Below are positions 1 to 11,002 of a stretch of DNA of 64,000 nt, piece by piece. Position 1 is the first letter of the stretch. Every line of letters begins with the position of its first letter. The stretch lies in IMG/VR virus record IMGVR_UViG_3300010965_000001, positions 128,001-192,000 of that record. One strand, given 5' to 3'. This DNA comes from a virus. Lineage: Duplodnaviria; Caudoviricetes. A program made the translations under genes and the position numbers. The notes under the pieces are model-generated. The model searched no databases, was not told the DNA's origin, and saw nothing but the letters and a program-made list of their open reading frames with translations.

Positions 1-1
1 C

Positions 2-967
2 CCTACCTACCCACGAACCACCGTCTGGTGTACGTGCTATTAAAGCGGTATTATTTCCAGTTATGGCGACAAACGTATAACCTCGATGGCAATACACCAA
101 ATATCCACGATTGAATGTGTTATATGCGGCCGCTGGAACCCACGATGCCCCATTAGTTGAAGAAGAGTACAATTGTGGAATTGTCGATGCCCCTCCTCCA
201 TCATTTGCAACAAAAAGTGTTGAACCAGAAACTGCAACGTCCAATGGTATGGAAGGAGGAGTTCCTCCTGCGGCTGCCCACGTTTGTCCACTATTTGCAG
301 ACACGTACATACCGTTATTGGTTGCAGCGAACAGGTGTGTACCACTTGTGGAAAATGCCAACGATTTGACATCAGTAGACCCTGGTAAACCGCTACTCGA
401 TGCTACCCATGAGGCGCCAGTATTCGCCGATTTATACATTCCAGTTGCCTGCATACCTGCATATAAAAATATACTACCATGTGTAGTATCAGTCTTTGAA
501 CGTATAGCCACGTCACCACCGTTAATCGTTTCATAACCGTTAAATGTGTTAGATGCGGTGGTTGCAAGTGCGGTTACATCGATAGTCTGTGAAACTGGTG
601 ACCAACTTGCTGACACTGCCATATACGAATTTTCTGCTTGAAGTGCATAACTACTACTCAACACGGTCATTGAACTTGTTTGCGTAATTAACACAAATGA
701 ACTTGTATCAATCGTCGTACTACTTCCAGCGTTGAGTGCATATGATGATGTAAGTGCATAACTACTACTTAAAACAGTCATGCTTGCAGTTTGATTGGTT
801 AGTACGAAGGAAGATGTGTCAGTAATCCCTCCTCCTCCGCCATTGATTGCATACGATGCTGTTAATGCATATGAGGAGGTACCAAATAAACTTGATGTTA
901 TACTTGATACAGTTAATGAGCTACTAACTGTCAACGAATTTGTATTTAAATTACCTTTAAGTTTCAT
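2..967 (-). CDS. Tail-fibre-like protein with Ser/Ala-rich SSYA repeats and BNR/Asp-box propeller (3' end runs off window)
   Basis: Open frame from ATG 967 (MKLKGNLNTNSLT...) to the window edge, not in ORF track; repeated SSFVL..SMTVLSSSYAL and YxSxNxGxSW motifs. Confidence 0.75.
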   Translation of the reverse strand, partial: MKLKGNLNTNSLTVSSSLTVSSITSSLFGTSSYALTASYAINGGGGGITDTSSFVLTNQTASMTVLSSSYALTSSYALNAGSSTTIDTSSFVLITQTSSMTVLSSSYALQAENSYMAVSASWSPVSQTIDVTALATTASNTFNGYETINGGDVAIRSKTDTTHGSIFLYAGMQATGMYKSANTGASWVASSSGLPGSTDVKSLAFSTSGTHLFAATNNGMYVSANSGQTWAAAGGTPPSIPLDVAVSGSTLFVANDGGGASTIPQLYSSSTNGASWVPAAAYNTFNRGYLVYCHRGYTFVAITGNNTALIARTPDGGSWVGR

Positions 968-982
968 ATTTTTCCAATAATA

Positions 983-1948
983 TTATGCTTCGACAAAATA
1001 ACCAACTACATTACTCTGTAATGAGCCAGTCCATTTAAATGAATCAATTGTTGTTGTATAAAATGTACTTCCGACTCCACACCAAACGTATGGAAAGTGT
1101 GTTTTTACGAATCCAGGTGCTGCACTTGCAGGTAATCCAGTATTAACTGCTACCCACGTTGCCACGCCGACACTTGAGGTTGCCATTCCTCCACCATTAG
1201 TTGTTGTTATTACTGTACTGCCAGTTACCGCCATTTTCATGGAATATATATTTGGCAATCCATTTGTAGTATTTGATATTGACCAAGTACTTCCACTGTC
1301 ATTTGAACGATAGATTCCGTTGTTGCCACCCATATAAATATATGAACCAGCATCAACACCACCGAGAAAATAATATCCTCCACCAGTTAATTGAACCCAA
1401 ACCGCTGAACCAGTTAAACTTGTTCTATAAATACCGTTGAGTGTTGCCGCAAATAACCACGATTCGCCATATTGAACAATATGGTATGTGTTCTTTAATC
1501 CGTTTCCTGCACCAGTACCAAGACCAACACTTGCAGCACCCCATGTTACTCCATTATTTGATGATGAGAATATTCCACCATCAGTTCCCACCCACAATTT
1601 AGCATATGTAATTGTTGGAAAATAATGAATTGAACGAATTCCAGAAGTTATTCCACTTGTCGTAGATACCCATGACAACTTACTACCAGTTAAAGAGGTT
1701 CGATACACACCACCATCTGTACCAGCCCAAAGAAATGTATTTGGTTGTGCGGCTAACCACTGAACATATAGATTACCAAGACCAGTGATGTACAGTGTCG
1801 GTGACCATGTAGTTCCGTTATTAGAGGATGTATAGACACCACCAGATGCACCATACGAACCACCATATAATTTAGTTGGTATTGCTGGAACTTCAGTATA
1901 TACAATATCTACTTGTCCTTGAAACATTGCAAATGGAAAATTTATCAT
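983..1948 (-). CDS. BNR/Asp-box beta-propeller protein (receptor-binding/fibre accessory)
   Basis: Start moved to MINFPF (1948), just past the upstream stop at 1957; repeats YTSSNNGTTW, FSSSNNGVTW, YRSNDSGSTW. Confidence 0.7.
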   Translation of the reverse strand: MINFPFAMFQGQVDIVYTEVPAIPTKLYGGSYGASGGVYTSSNNGTTWSPTLYITGLGNLYVQWLAAQPNTFLWAGTDGGVYRTSLTGSKLSWVSTTSGITSGIRSIHYFPTITYAKLWVGTDGGIFSSSNNGVTWGAASVGLGTGAGNGLKNTYHIVQYGESWLFAATLNGIYRTSLTGSAVWVQLTGGGYYFLGGVDAGSYIYMGGNNGIYRSNDSGSTWSISNTTNGLPNIYSMKMAVTGSTVITTTNGGGMATSSVGVATWVAVNTGLPASAAPGFVKTHFPYVWCGVGSTFYTTTIDSFKWTGSLQSNVVGYFVEA

Positions 1949-1956
1949 AAACCCTC

Positions 1957-4900
1957 TTAGAAATTCTGTGCTGACGCACCATATGTAAGTGAACCAACAC
2001 ATATAAATGTGTAAATATCTGTTTTACTTGTCGTAGCTGACGCTGTTGTTTGTGTTGGAACCGTGCCGCCCTTCCAAGTAATCGTTGCAGGCCACGATGC
2101 TGTAAATGCACTTGCCGAATTTGTCAGTATCACATTTAATGTTTGACCACTTGATGTGTTGCTAAATGTAAGTGTAGAATGTTGCGTAAGTTTTCGTGTA
2201 AACGTATTCCCAAGTGACCAATCGACATCAACGGCTGACATAGATACGGTTGACCCTATGACAGATTTTGATATAATTAAACTACCAGCGATTGCTTGAT
2301 TACCACTAAATGCATTAGAAGTTAACGTAGCAAACGAACCAGTTTGGTCACTCTTAACAAAGAATGACGCACTTACTACACTTAGTGGATTACCAAGTGA
2401 ACCATCTCCAGATAAAGTCGCATCCGTGACAACTGCTGATAGATAATTTCCAGCACTAACCGTTGTCTGACTGTATCTACTTCCAAGTAATTTATCAGTT
2501 TGAATTACACTCCAGTCATTTGCTCCAGTTTCCCGTATAATCACTCTCGCAACAAATACAAATTCTGGTATCATCGTGGATATTGCCGTAGTATTCAAAC
2601 TTGATGGAGTCAATGCTTGAATTGTCGATAGTGTAGTACTTTGTGTTTGCCCGTGGAACCATACATATCTGTATTTTTGTGACTCGGTATCAGATGTAAC
2701 GGGAACTGCAACTAACCATATCGTAGCATATGCGTTGTTTGGTAATGTCGTTCTTTGCCATACCGTGCCAGTATATTGATTGTACGTTGCACTAATTCCA
2801 CTAACAGGTACGAATTCTGCCGATTCGGTCTGGAATGAACCAGTTCCATTTACACCACTTCCAGTCAAATAGAATAACGTATAAGAGCCAGATAATGCAG
2901 TTAGATTGGTTGCAAGGTCTTCATCTTTGATGGTGGCGATTGACATGGTTGGTCTACGAAGTGAAGGTGTAACGGAATTAAGCGTTAAACCACTCACATC
3001 TGCACCAGAACTTAGATACGTTCCAACTGTAGTATGAATTGCTTCATGTACTTGCCATTGCATTAAACCATGAACTTCACGTAGTGCAAACTTATCAGTT
3101 GAAGAATAACGTACCACTGCTATTTGTAATTTATCAAACGTCCACGGAGTTTGTGACCATGTATATGAAGCACCATCATATGATAAGAACCACGTTCCTT
3201 CTGTTGTATCATGTATAGATGATGTCCATCCACTAACCAATTCCTGTATAACTTGACCTTGCCAGTATGCTACTACCGTTCCAGTCAATACTATCTGACG
3301 TGAACCACTATATGTGACTATTATTGATGTAGGATTAACAAATCCAGTTGGGTCTTTGGTTACTTCGTTCATTGTATAGTATGATGCACTTTGTGCCATA
3401 ATTGCATATGATGAAGTACCAAGTAACGACCCAGTTATTCCCGCCGCAACATTTAATGAACCAGTAACCTGTACTATGTCTCCATAAACACGCATCGGAT
3501 AACTAAATACTCCCGCAGTTGCTACACCAAACCTCATAAATCCATTATTATCTACACCATTCCTAAACGTACCAATAGAACCAATAAAATTTTCTGTTGA
3601 ACCACTCTGTAACGTAAATGTCATACTGGAACCGAACCCGTTTACCATTGTATTGTTGGTATGTGCTCTTAATGTTAAAGTTCCTGTTTCACTGTTACCA
3701 GCCGTGTTGGCACGTTGTACCCTCAAAGGTGGGAACGTATCACTAACAAAGTATCCCTTGCCAGCCACATTCAAAGAACCACTGATAATTTCATTCCCAA
3801 CAAATATGTTAGAACCAGTTGTTGCGAATACACTTGTGTCGATTGTGGGTGCCCAACTTGCAGATACTGCATATGATGCACTTTCTGCCAATCCCAACAA
3901 TATGCTTGCGGTTGCAGCATATGATGCAGATACTACTAAGCCCGCACCAGTTGAAACTACAATCTCACCAGTAAATCTTCCATCGGGAATTTCAGATACT
4001 AAAATATCTACCGTAGTTGGACTTGTCTGCCGAATAGTATCTACACCAACTTGCTCATAATATCCACTGCTACTGTCCCACAACGATATTAATAATTCTT
4101 TTGAATTTAAATTATGTACAAATGATTGAGTGTAATATGGTGATGCCAATCCCCACGACGAAGATAAAAATGTTGCTGTATACGATGACCCAGGAAATCC
4201 TGCTCCACCACTTCCACCGTTAAGTGCATATGATGCTGTAAGTGCATACGATGCTGAAATAGATGAACCACCAGGTGCCCACGATGCGCTTAACGCATAT
4301 GATGAACTCAATACCAACATAGAACTTGTTGATACTGCTGATAAAAATCCCGTATGACCTGAACTTGCATAATCTAAATTAGTCAAGTCACTATGTGCAG
4401 TTACTCCAGTTGCTGAAAAATGAATATCAAATGCACTATCAACTTGTATTGCAGTTGATACACCTTCTTGGACAATTATACGTCCTACCAATATTCCCAT
4501 AGATGCTATTCCAGGAGGAATAGAAGATGGTGGTTGTGCTGCCTGTGCATCTGATAGTTTATTGGCGTTCAATGTTCCTAATAAAACACATGCATTGTTA
4601 TAAATAGAACTAGTGGGTCCACTTTGAATGTGGCGATATACCCAATGAGTATTATAATTATTATTACTTAACGATGCCGTAGTTATACCATTGTCATATG
4701 ATGATGAATTGAACGTACTTCCAGTAACATGCGTCCAAGCACTTGCGGAATGATAATATGTGTAAATTTTCTCTGTGTTAGGTAATATTTCTAATAATGT
4801 ATGACGAACAACACCCAACCACACTTTACCTTCTGTAACTGTAACATATGAACCAGTAGTCGATACTATTAATCCACTCTCTCTCGCGTATCGTTGAGTC

Positions 4901-7900
4901 TTAACTAACCGTTGATGAAGTTTATTTGGAAGTCCTCTTCCCAATGAATCCCAATCCACCCAGTAAAGTGTAAGATTGTCTCTAAATATAGTATATACTG
5001 GAAATATATCACTCTCAGTAATTTCTTCTACATCCGTAGTTACTCTGTATATTGGATTACCACTATTATAATCTACTATGACGTAATTTGTAGCAGAATT
5101 AGTAAGAGATAAGGTGGTAATTGGTGGCATTGTATAACGTTGCATAAACCCACTATGATTTTTATTGGTATACAATCTTGAAGAACCACTTACCACAGTA
5201 ATTGTACCATTCCCATTATCAATTATAGAAGAAGTTGTAGTTATACCAGCTGCCGCAGTTACTGTTTTTTGAAATGTTAATACTGACCCGAGCGGTATTC
5301 CAGAATCACTCAATCCACTATTATTTAAAAGCATGCCGCCAGTAACGTATAAAGAACCAGTCAAAATAATAGAACCAGTTGAAATGACGGACCCACTTAT
5401 AACTTGCGTTCCTCTAAATATGTTAGATGAAGTTACTGCGAATGAAGATGACAACATTCCATTAAATAAATATGAAGTAGAAGATGTTGCCGCAAATGAT
5501 GCAGACACCACGGAAAATGCAAACGATGCTGTAGATACAAATGATGCCGTGCCAAGTAAACTACCTGTTACACCACCATTTATTCTAAGACTTCCTGTTA
5601 TGACTTGGTTACCACGGAATGTATTACTTCCAGTCGTTGCATACGATGCTGTATATGATGACAAGATTGCACTGCTTGTCACTGCTGCATTCCATTGAAT
5701 GGAATTTCCAGTTTCTCCTTCACCACCAGCGACACCAGCATATACAACTCTATCAACATATAAGTTTCCACCAGTATCTGATGCAGAACTTGATATGGTG
5801 AGAAATGCACGAACGCTACGCGCGTCAGTAATTGGTGCTGTAAGTGTTGTACCATAATCATCAGAATACAACATACCTTGTTCACCACCATAAAATAATC
5901 TAGAACCTATATGAGATACACATACACCGTAATTTACATATCCTGCAGTGGCGCAGTTCGTCCACGTTGCACCATTGTCGGTGGAACGATACAATGCACG
6001 GGTATAATCCTGCCCGGTGGCGATGAAAATATAACCATCAAATTCATCAAATCCCCCGACTGTTGGATAACCACTGAAATGTGAATACAATCCAGTATTT
6101 GATGCCGCCCATGATGCTCCACCATTATCGGAAACAAATACACCGGCGGAAGGATATACCGCACCAGCAAACAATCTTGTTGAGTTTGCGTAAACTGACT
6201 GGATGTTTGTATTAGTTAATCCATTATTCGCCACAGCCCACGTTATACCATAATCACTTGAAATATACACACCAACAGAGGTTCCCGCAAGTAATGTTGC
6301 GCCGTCGGGTGTCGAACAAATGGCATTGATTTGTGATGCTGCCATTCCATTTCTGGATTGTGTAAATATTAACTGTGTTGGTATATTGGTGATGGATGAT
6401 GAATACATTCCAAGTGAATACGTACCTACAAATAATTTTGACCCAAGTGCTTTTAAAGCACGAACCTCAACATTTGGAAGTCCGGCTGTGGATGATGTCC
6501 AATGTAATCCAAAGTCAGTTGATACAGCTACTCCAGTATTTATCGCACCAGGACCAGATCCACCTGCGTAAAGTGTAGAACCGTTACGACCCAATGCCGC
6601 AATATATGATGATGTAATTGCAGTCGTTCCACTTCCTGTGGCAACTTGAAGTGATACACCATTATCTATAGATGAATAAAGTTGGGACATGTTGGTAAGT
6701 GGGTTTACACCCATAAACAAGTAGGACGCCGCGGAGGTTGTGGTATCCGATGTTTTATACACGTACGCATTACCATATACGTTGATAGCCGCTCCTGCAC
6801 TTCCAGCGGTTGTCGTAGTTGTCGTAGTTGTAATTGGTGGGAACGATGTAATATTAGTTATATTACGATTGTTAAGACCATTTATCTGCTGTGTCCAAGA
6901 GGCTCCACCGTTTACGCTATAAAATACACCTTGGTTTTCCGTTCCAACATATAAATTATTATCAGACGTGACATTAAGTGTTGTTATAGTATAGTCAGTC
7001 AATCCGTTATTACATGCCGTCCAGGTGGCACCCATATCAGTTGATTTGTAAACTCCACCATTTACATTATAGATACCTGCATATACTGTTGTACCAACAA
7101 ATTTAAGACAACTAATATTTAGTGTTGTGGGTGGCATACCATTATTTGCCGCTCCCCACGAACGTCCGCCATTTGAGGATGTATAAATACCGTCACCAAG
7201 CGTGCCAGCAAATAAAGTCGGACCACTGTATGCAAGACTTCGTACACCACTAAACAAAAATCCACTTGTGACTTCATGGAAGGTTGACCCATTATTTGAA
7301 GATGTTACCACACCACCGCTACTAAATCCATTTGCAATAAAGATGACAGAAGATGAAATCATCATATCATAATTATACACATTGGAAATTCCTAATTGGA
7401 ATCCATTCCATGTTTTTCCACCATCTGTTGACTTGTAATATGCAGTTGGATTTGCAAGTGGTGGAATTCTAACACCGAGATAAATATCTGGACCATTCGT
7501 TACTAAGTTAGTAAGGATAATCGATGACAGTGTTGGAAAGTCTGGTGAGAGTTTCCAAGTGTTTCCATAATCAGATGAAGTATAATATACGTTGTTTGTT
7601 GTTCCTGCGAATAACCATGAGCCAGATGCACCAAGAATACCATTTACCCACGGTGCCATTGGTGTGTTGGTTACAGCCCAGTTTGCACCACCGTCAAATG
7701 AACGATACAATCCAGCATGAGTTCCTGCGAATAATGGTATGTCAGTTGTAGTTACAGAACTTGTGGTAGATGAAATATTTCCACCGTAAAATGTTTGTGT
7801 CTTATCCCAAATATTTGAAGTATGTAAGATACCCCAATCAACAGTATCACTAATCGTGCCGTACTTTATAATACCACCAGTCATTAAGATATTGCTACCA

Positions 7901-10725
7901 GTTATATCACCATTACTCTTAACATTGAATCTTGAAGTTGATATAAACATGTTTGCTGGACTTGGATAACCTGCCCATGCCTCTGAAGGGCTACCGCTTA
8001 TAAAAAGTTGACCCGACCATAATGACGAAGAACCGATATGGAATCCACCAATGTTTCCACCAAGTGCATTAATGATACCATTGTAATATGCATCTCCACT
8101 TGAAGAAAGGAAGAAGTTGCTACTACTAATTTCTATTTTACCGTCAGCACCACTAATGTATTGGCTTCCAAGGTCACCTACAAAGAATGACTGTGCTACA
8201 ACTTCAAATATTGACGCTGTACCATCTGCTCTGAATCGCATGCGCCCATAATTTAGACCAGCGTTAAGTTCCAATCCAATTGCGTTGTAATTGTCAGAAG
8301 AACTTAATCTATTTGTTAATGTTGGTGAACCACTATATATTAAAAATCCAGGTGCAGTATTTCCTGCGGTTGCACTTGTATATCCTGAATATGGAAGTGA
8401 ACGAAGATACCCGCCCCAAGGACCACCAGCCAATTCTACACCATATCGATAGTCAGTGCCGGGAGTTAATCCATATGGTAAATTCTCTGTAATCGATGAA
8501 CCACCAATTACTAAACTTCCATCGTGAATGAAGTTGTCATCACCTTCGATTACTACGTTGTTACTTAACGTATAAAGACTCTTTATGCTCGATAACCACG
8601 TTGACGAAAATGAATTTGCGGGATTTAAAAATTCAATCTTGAATTCTAATGTATCACTTCGTTTACTACTTGGATTTGGGACAATCAACGTGTATTCGGC
8701 TGGAGAAAATCCTTTTAATGGCATAGATGTAACAGTGATGTTATTCACAATCCAATCTGCCATATCCTGTATTACAAATACAAGATTTCCAGTTCCGTCA
8801 AAGTCTGGAGTAAATTTATATGTAAGTGTGCTGAAATCTTTTTCGTATACACCGTTTAAACCAACCGCCAAATTAATTAATGTTTGGTCACCGTTTGGTT
8901 CAGTATAATATCCTGCAGGAGTAACCGTTACTTTACCAGTCTTATCTTTTTTAGATTGTGCGGCTCTCCATACCAATGCCGATGGAGCTGGATAAAGTTT
9001 TTTGGATATTAACTCCTTACCAAAAATATTATCTGTATTCTTTCCAAGTGTACTAAACGAATGCTGTAAACCTTCTGCGTTGTTACCTTCCAAAAATCCC
9101 GACCCACTCATGTATACTTCAAAGATTGGTTGACCACTTGTTTCAAATCGTTGACCAATCAAATCTATTGATATTTGATACTCTGTCCCCTTATAAAACG
9201 TCATTTGCTTCTTATGAGTAATCTTGTAAAAAACAAAATCATTTGATAATACTGAGCCAGATGCATTAAATTTAACTGAGTTGAATGAGACATCCGAACT
9301 GAGTTGAATATTCAAGTCATTTACTGCCGTAGGAAGAACTGTATCTGAAAGTGTTGTATAACTTCCAGTAGAAAATATAGTCATAGTATCAGAGATGGAA
9401 CTTGGAAATCTTCCAACGTCAATACCTTTATTATCCACTAATAAGTTTTGATTTGTAATGTTGCGTTCCGCCAATGATGTGAATTCACCATTTGTGCCAG
9501 CACTTCTATACGATACTCTCACTTTTGAAACTTGTCCACCAAGTGTCTTTAGATTACTCAAATCAAAGTTAAGATATGACACAGTTTTTAAATGTGGAAT
9601 GCGCACTTCTGGGTGATAATAACTCATTGACACATGTGAGTTTTCAAATGTGTAGAACTTCAAATCAAATGGTTTTTCATCCGAATTAATGTAATGCTTA
9701 ACATATGGAGTTATAACTGCGGTAGATGAATTAACTACGCGTGTTACGATTCCTCTGTAAGTAAACAACGTTGGATATTTATCTGGAAATCGTGTTAACA
9801 CATTTACAGAATCAGTCATAATTCCGGGAGTTGCAATTTCCATAGTGTTTAATGACATCACACCGAAATTATTATTATCGTTGATATTGACTGGTTCTTG
9901 CACGACAACAGAAGCACCCACGAAGTTAGAATCAAAGGTGAATCCACTTGCATGTAAATAATAGATATTTGGTTCAAGTGTGTAAGCCGTTCCAGCGTAC
10001 TCATTCTGTCCAACGGATTGTGCATTTGATGTTAATGATACGAAGTTGGTAGATGCAGAATTAACAAATATTCCACTTGGAAATACAGCATCCACACCCT
10101 TATAACTTGCCGTAAATTCCGTTATAACCGAAACGGGCGATTTGTAAAATACAATCGGTGCCGCATTGATGGAGTTCCCCAACGTATTGATTCGGATTTT
10201 TGTTGACCATCTAACATTGTATACACCTGTCCAATCTGTGGGGATGTTAACGGTAGCACCATTATAATAACGAATTGCTTCACCAACAAGTGTCAATGTC
10301 GCCATACCAGATGGAATGTCTTCGTATATAATAACTTGAACATCTCTGCCTGTCGTGGTGTTTACCGAATAACCATCGGATGATACGTTTTCTGTAAATT
10401 GTATATTGCCTGGTGTATAATCAATAATATCTTCCATCGTTTTTGGGAACACGATTGGAATACTAACAATATTACCATTGAAATCTGGTTCATCCATGAC
10501 CAATTCTGCCTTAATCTGTGAAGTTAGTTTTAACAGATTTGGGTCTGGATTTACGATAAATGAATATTTTCCATTGGACATTTCACTAAATATCGGTGAA
10601 ACGTGGAAATAGTCAGACATCGGTGAAGTATCTTCGATGAGAATGGGGATTGTTGCCAATCCAAGATAGTCTGCGTGAAGGTTGCGTCCTTCTTCGGGAT
10701 ATTTTAATAGTCTTTTGTCATACAT
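1957..10725 (-). CDS. Giant (2922 aa) tail fibre/virion adhesin with multiple BNR propellers and ASYA repeats
   Basis: ORF track; more than 10 Asp-box repeats (e.g. YRSFDGGANW, YKSTDMGATW), poly-Thr linker, ASYALTASYA fibre repeats. Confidence 0.75.
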   Translation of the reverse strand: MYDKRLLKYPEEGRNLHADYLGLATIPILIEDTSPMSDYFHVSPIFSEMSNGKYSFIVNPDPNLLKLTSQIKAELVMDEPDFNGNIVSIPIVFPKTMEDIIDYTPGNIQFTENVSSDGYSVNTTTGRDVQVIIYEDIPSGMATLTLVGEAIRYYNGATVNIPTDWTGVYNVRWSTKIRINTLGNSINAAPIVFYKSPVSVITEFTASYKGVDAVFPSGIFVNSASTNFVSLTSNAQSVGQNEYAGTAYTLEPNIYYLHASGFTFDSNFVGASVVVQEPVNINDNNNFGVMSLNTMEIATPGIMTDSVNVLTRFPDKYPTLFTYRGIVTRVVNSSTAVITPYVKHYINSDEKPFDLKFYTFENSHVSMSYYHPEVRIPHLKTVSYLNFDLSNLKTLGGQVSKVRVSYRSAGTNGEFTSLAERNITNQNLLVDNKGIDVGRFPSSISDTMTIFSTGSYTTLSDTVLPTAVNDLNIQLSSDVSFNSVKFNASGSVLSNDFVFYKITHKKQMTFYKGTEYQISIDLIGQRFETSGQPIFEVYMSGSGFLEGNNAEGLQHSFSTLGKNTDNIFGKELISKKLYPAPSALVWRAAQSKKDKTGKVTVTPAGYYTEPNGDQTLINLAVGLNGVYEKDFSTLTYKFTPDFDGTGNLVFVIQDMADWIVNNITVTSMPLKGFSPAEYTLIVPNPSSKRSDTLEFKIEFLNPANSFSSTWLSSIKSLYTLSNNVVIEGDDNFIHDGSLVIGGSSITENLPYGLTPGTDYRYGVELAGGPWGGYLRSLPYSGYTSATAGNTAPGFLIYSGSPTLTNRLSSSDNYNAIGLELNAGLNYGRMRFRADGTASIFEVVAQSFFVGDLGSQYISGADGKIEISSSNFFLSSSGDAYYNGIINALGGNIGGFHIGSSSLWSGQLFISGSPSEAWAGYPSPANMFISTSRFNVKSNGDITGSNILMTGGIIKYGTISDTVDWGILHTSNIWDKTQTFYGGNISSTTSSVTTTDIPLFAGTHAGLYRSFDGGANWAVTNTPMAPWVNGILGASGSWLFAGTTNNVYYTSSDYGNTWKLSPDFPTLSSIILTNLVTNGPDIYLGVRIPPLANPTAYYKSTDGGKTWNGFQLGISNVYNYDMMISSSVIFIANGFSSGGVVTSSNNGSTFHEVTSGFLFSGVRSLAYSGPTLFAGTLGDGIYTSSNGGRSWGAANNGMPPTTLNISCLKFVGTTVYAGIYNVNGGVYKSTDMGATWTACNNGLTDYTITTLNVTSDNNLYVGTENQGVFYSVNGGASWTQQINGLNNRNITNITSFPPITTTTTTTTAGSAGAAINVYGNAYVYKTSDTTTSAASYLFMGVNPLTNMSQLYSSIDNGVSLQVATGSGTTAITSSYIAALGRNGSTLYAGGSGPGAINTGVAVSTDFGLHWTSSTAGLPNVEVRALKALGSKLFVGTYSLGMYSSSITNIPTQLIFTQSRNGMAASQINAICSTPDGATLLAGTSVGVYISSDYGITWAVANNGLTNTNIQSVYANSTRLFAGAVYPSAGVFVSDNGGASWAASNTGLYSHFSGYPTVGGFDEFDGYIFIATGQDYTRALYRSTDNGATWTNCATAGYVNYGVCVSHIGSRLFYGGEQGMLYSDDYGTTLTAPITDARSVRAFLTISSSASDTGGNLYVDRVVYAGVAGGEGETGNSIQWNAAVTSSAILSSYTASYATTGSNTFRGNQVITGSLRINGGVTGSLLGTASFVSTASFAFSVVSASFAATSSTSYLFNGMLSSSFAVTSSNIFRGTQVISGSVISTGSIILTGSLYVTGGMLLNNSGLSDSGIPLGSVLTFQKTVTAAAGITTTSSIIDNGNGTITVVSGSSRLYTNKNHSGFMQRYTMPPITTLSLTNSATNYVIVDYNSGNPIYRVTTDVEEITESDIFPVYTIFRDNLTLYWVDWDSLGRGLPNKLHQRLVKTQRYARESGLIVSTTGSYVTVTEGKVWLGVVRHTLLEILPNTEKIYTYYHSASAWTHVTGSTFNSSSYDNGITTASLSNNNYNTHWVYRHIQSGPTSSIYNNACVLLGTLNANKLSDAQAAQPPSSIPPGIASMGILVGRIIVQEGVSTAIQVDSAFDIHFSATGVTAHSDLTNLDYASSGHTGFLSAVSTSSMLVLSSSYALSASWAPGGSSISASYALTASYALNGGSGGAGFPGSSYTATFLSSSWGLASPYYTQSFVHNLNSKELLISLWDSSSGYYEQVGVDTIRQTSPTTVDILVSEIPDGRFTGEIVVSTGAGLVVSASYAATASILLGLAESASYAVSASWAPTIDTSVFATTGSNIFVGNEIISGSLNVAGKGYFVSDTFPPLRVQRANTAGNSETGTLTLRAHTNNTMVNGFGSSMTFTLQSGSTENFIGSIGTFRNGVDNNGFMRFGVATAGVFSYPMRVYGDIVQVTGSLNVAAGITGSLLGTSSYAIMAQSASYYTMNEVTKDPTGFVNPTSIIVTYSGSRQIVLTGTVVAYWQGQVIQELVSGWTSSIHDTTEGTWFLSYDGASYTWSQTPWTFDKLQIAVVRYSSTDKFALREVHGLMQWQVHEAIHTTVGTYLSSGADVSGLTLNSVTPSLRRPTMSIATIKDEDLATNLTALSGSYTLFYLTGSGVNGTGSFQTESAEFVPVSGISATYNQYTGTVWQRTTLPNNAYATIWLVAVPVTSDTESQKYRYVWFHGQTQSTTLSTIQALTPSSLNTTAISTMIPEFVFVARVIIRETGANDWSVIQTDKLLGSRYSQTTVSAGNYLSAVVTDATLSGDGSLGNPLSVVSASFFVKSDQTGSFATLTSNAFSGNQAIAGSLIISKSVIGSTVSMSAVDVDWSLGNTFTRKLTQHSTLTFSNTSSGQTLNVILTNSASAFTASWPATITWKGGTVPTQTTASATTSKTDIYTFICVGSLTYGASAQNF

Positions 10726-10802
10726 AGTGCTTATAAATATAATTGTTTTGAGTTAATCCTCTATTTATTATAAGGAATTATAATCAATCTAATATAAATA
10801 TC

Positions 10803-10979
10803 ATGCACAACAAAAACTATAAGCCAATACAGATACCTCTTGAGTCGTTTGAGCAACTCAAGAAGTATTGTAATGAGAATGGTTATAAGATGGGTAAGTT
10901 CTTAGAGGTTTTAATAGCAAGAAATTGCAAACTTGAAGAGCAACGTCCTAAATTGCCTGTTACTCGTGAACAATTTTAG
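10803..10979 (+). CDS. Small 58-aa protein, possible ribbon-helix-helix DNA-binding protein
   Basis: MHNKNYKPIQIPLESFEQLKKYCNENGYKMGKFLEVLI..., below ORF-track cutoff; strand-helix-helix pattern. Confidence 0.5.
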   Translation: MHNKNYKPIQIPLESFEQLKKYCNENGYKMGKFLEVLIARNCKLEEQRPKLPVTREQF

Positions 10980-11002
10980 AGAAATGACTATTTATATATA
11001 AT

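Noticed and set aside
600-860. Internal duplication in the first fibre gene as a DGR template/variable repeat
   Set aside because: In-frame protein repeat with mixed substitutions; no reverse transcriptase in the window
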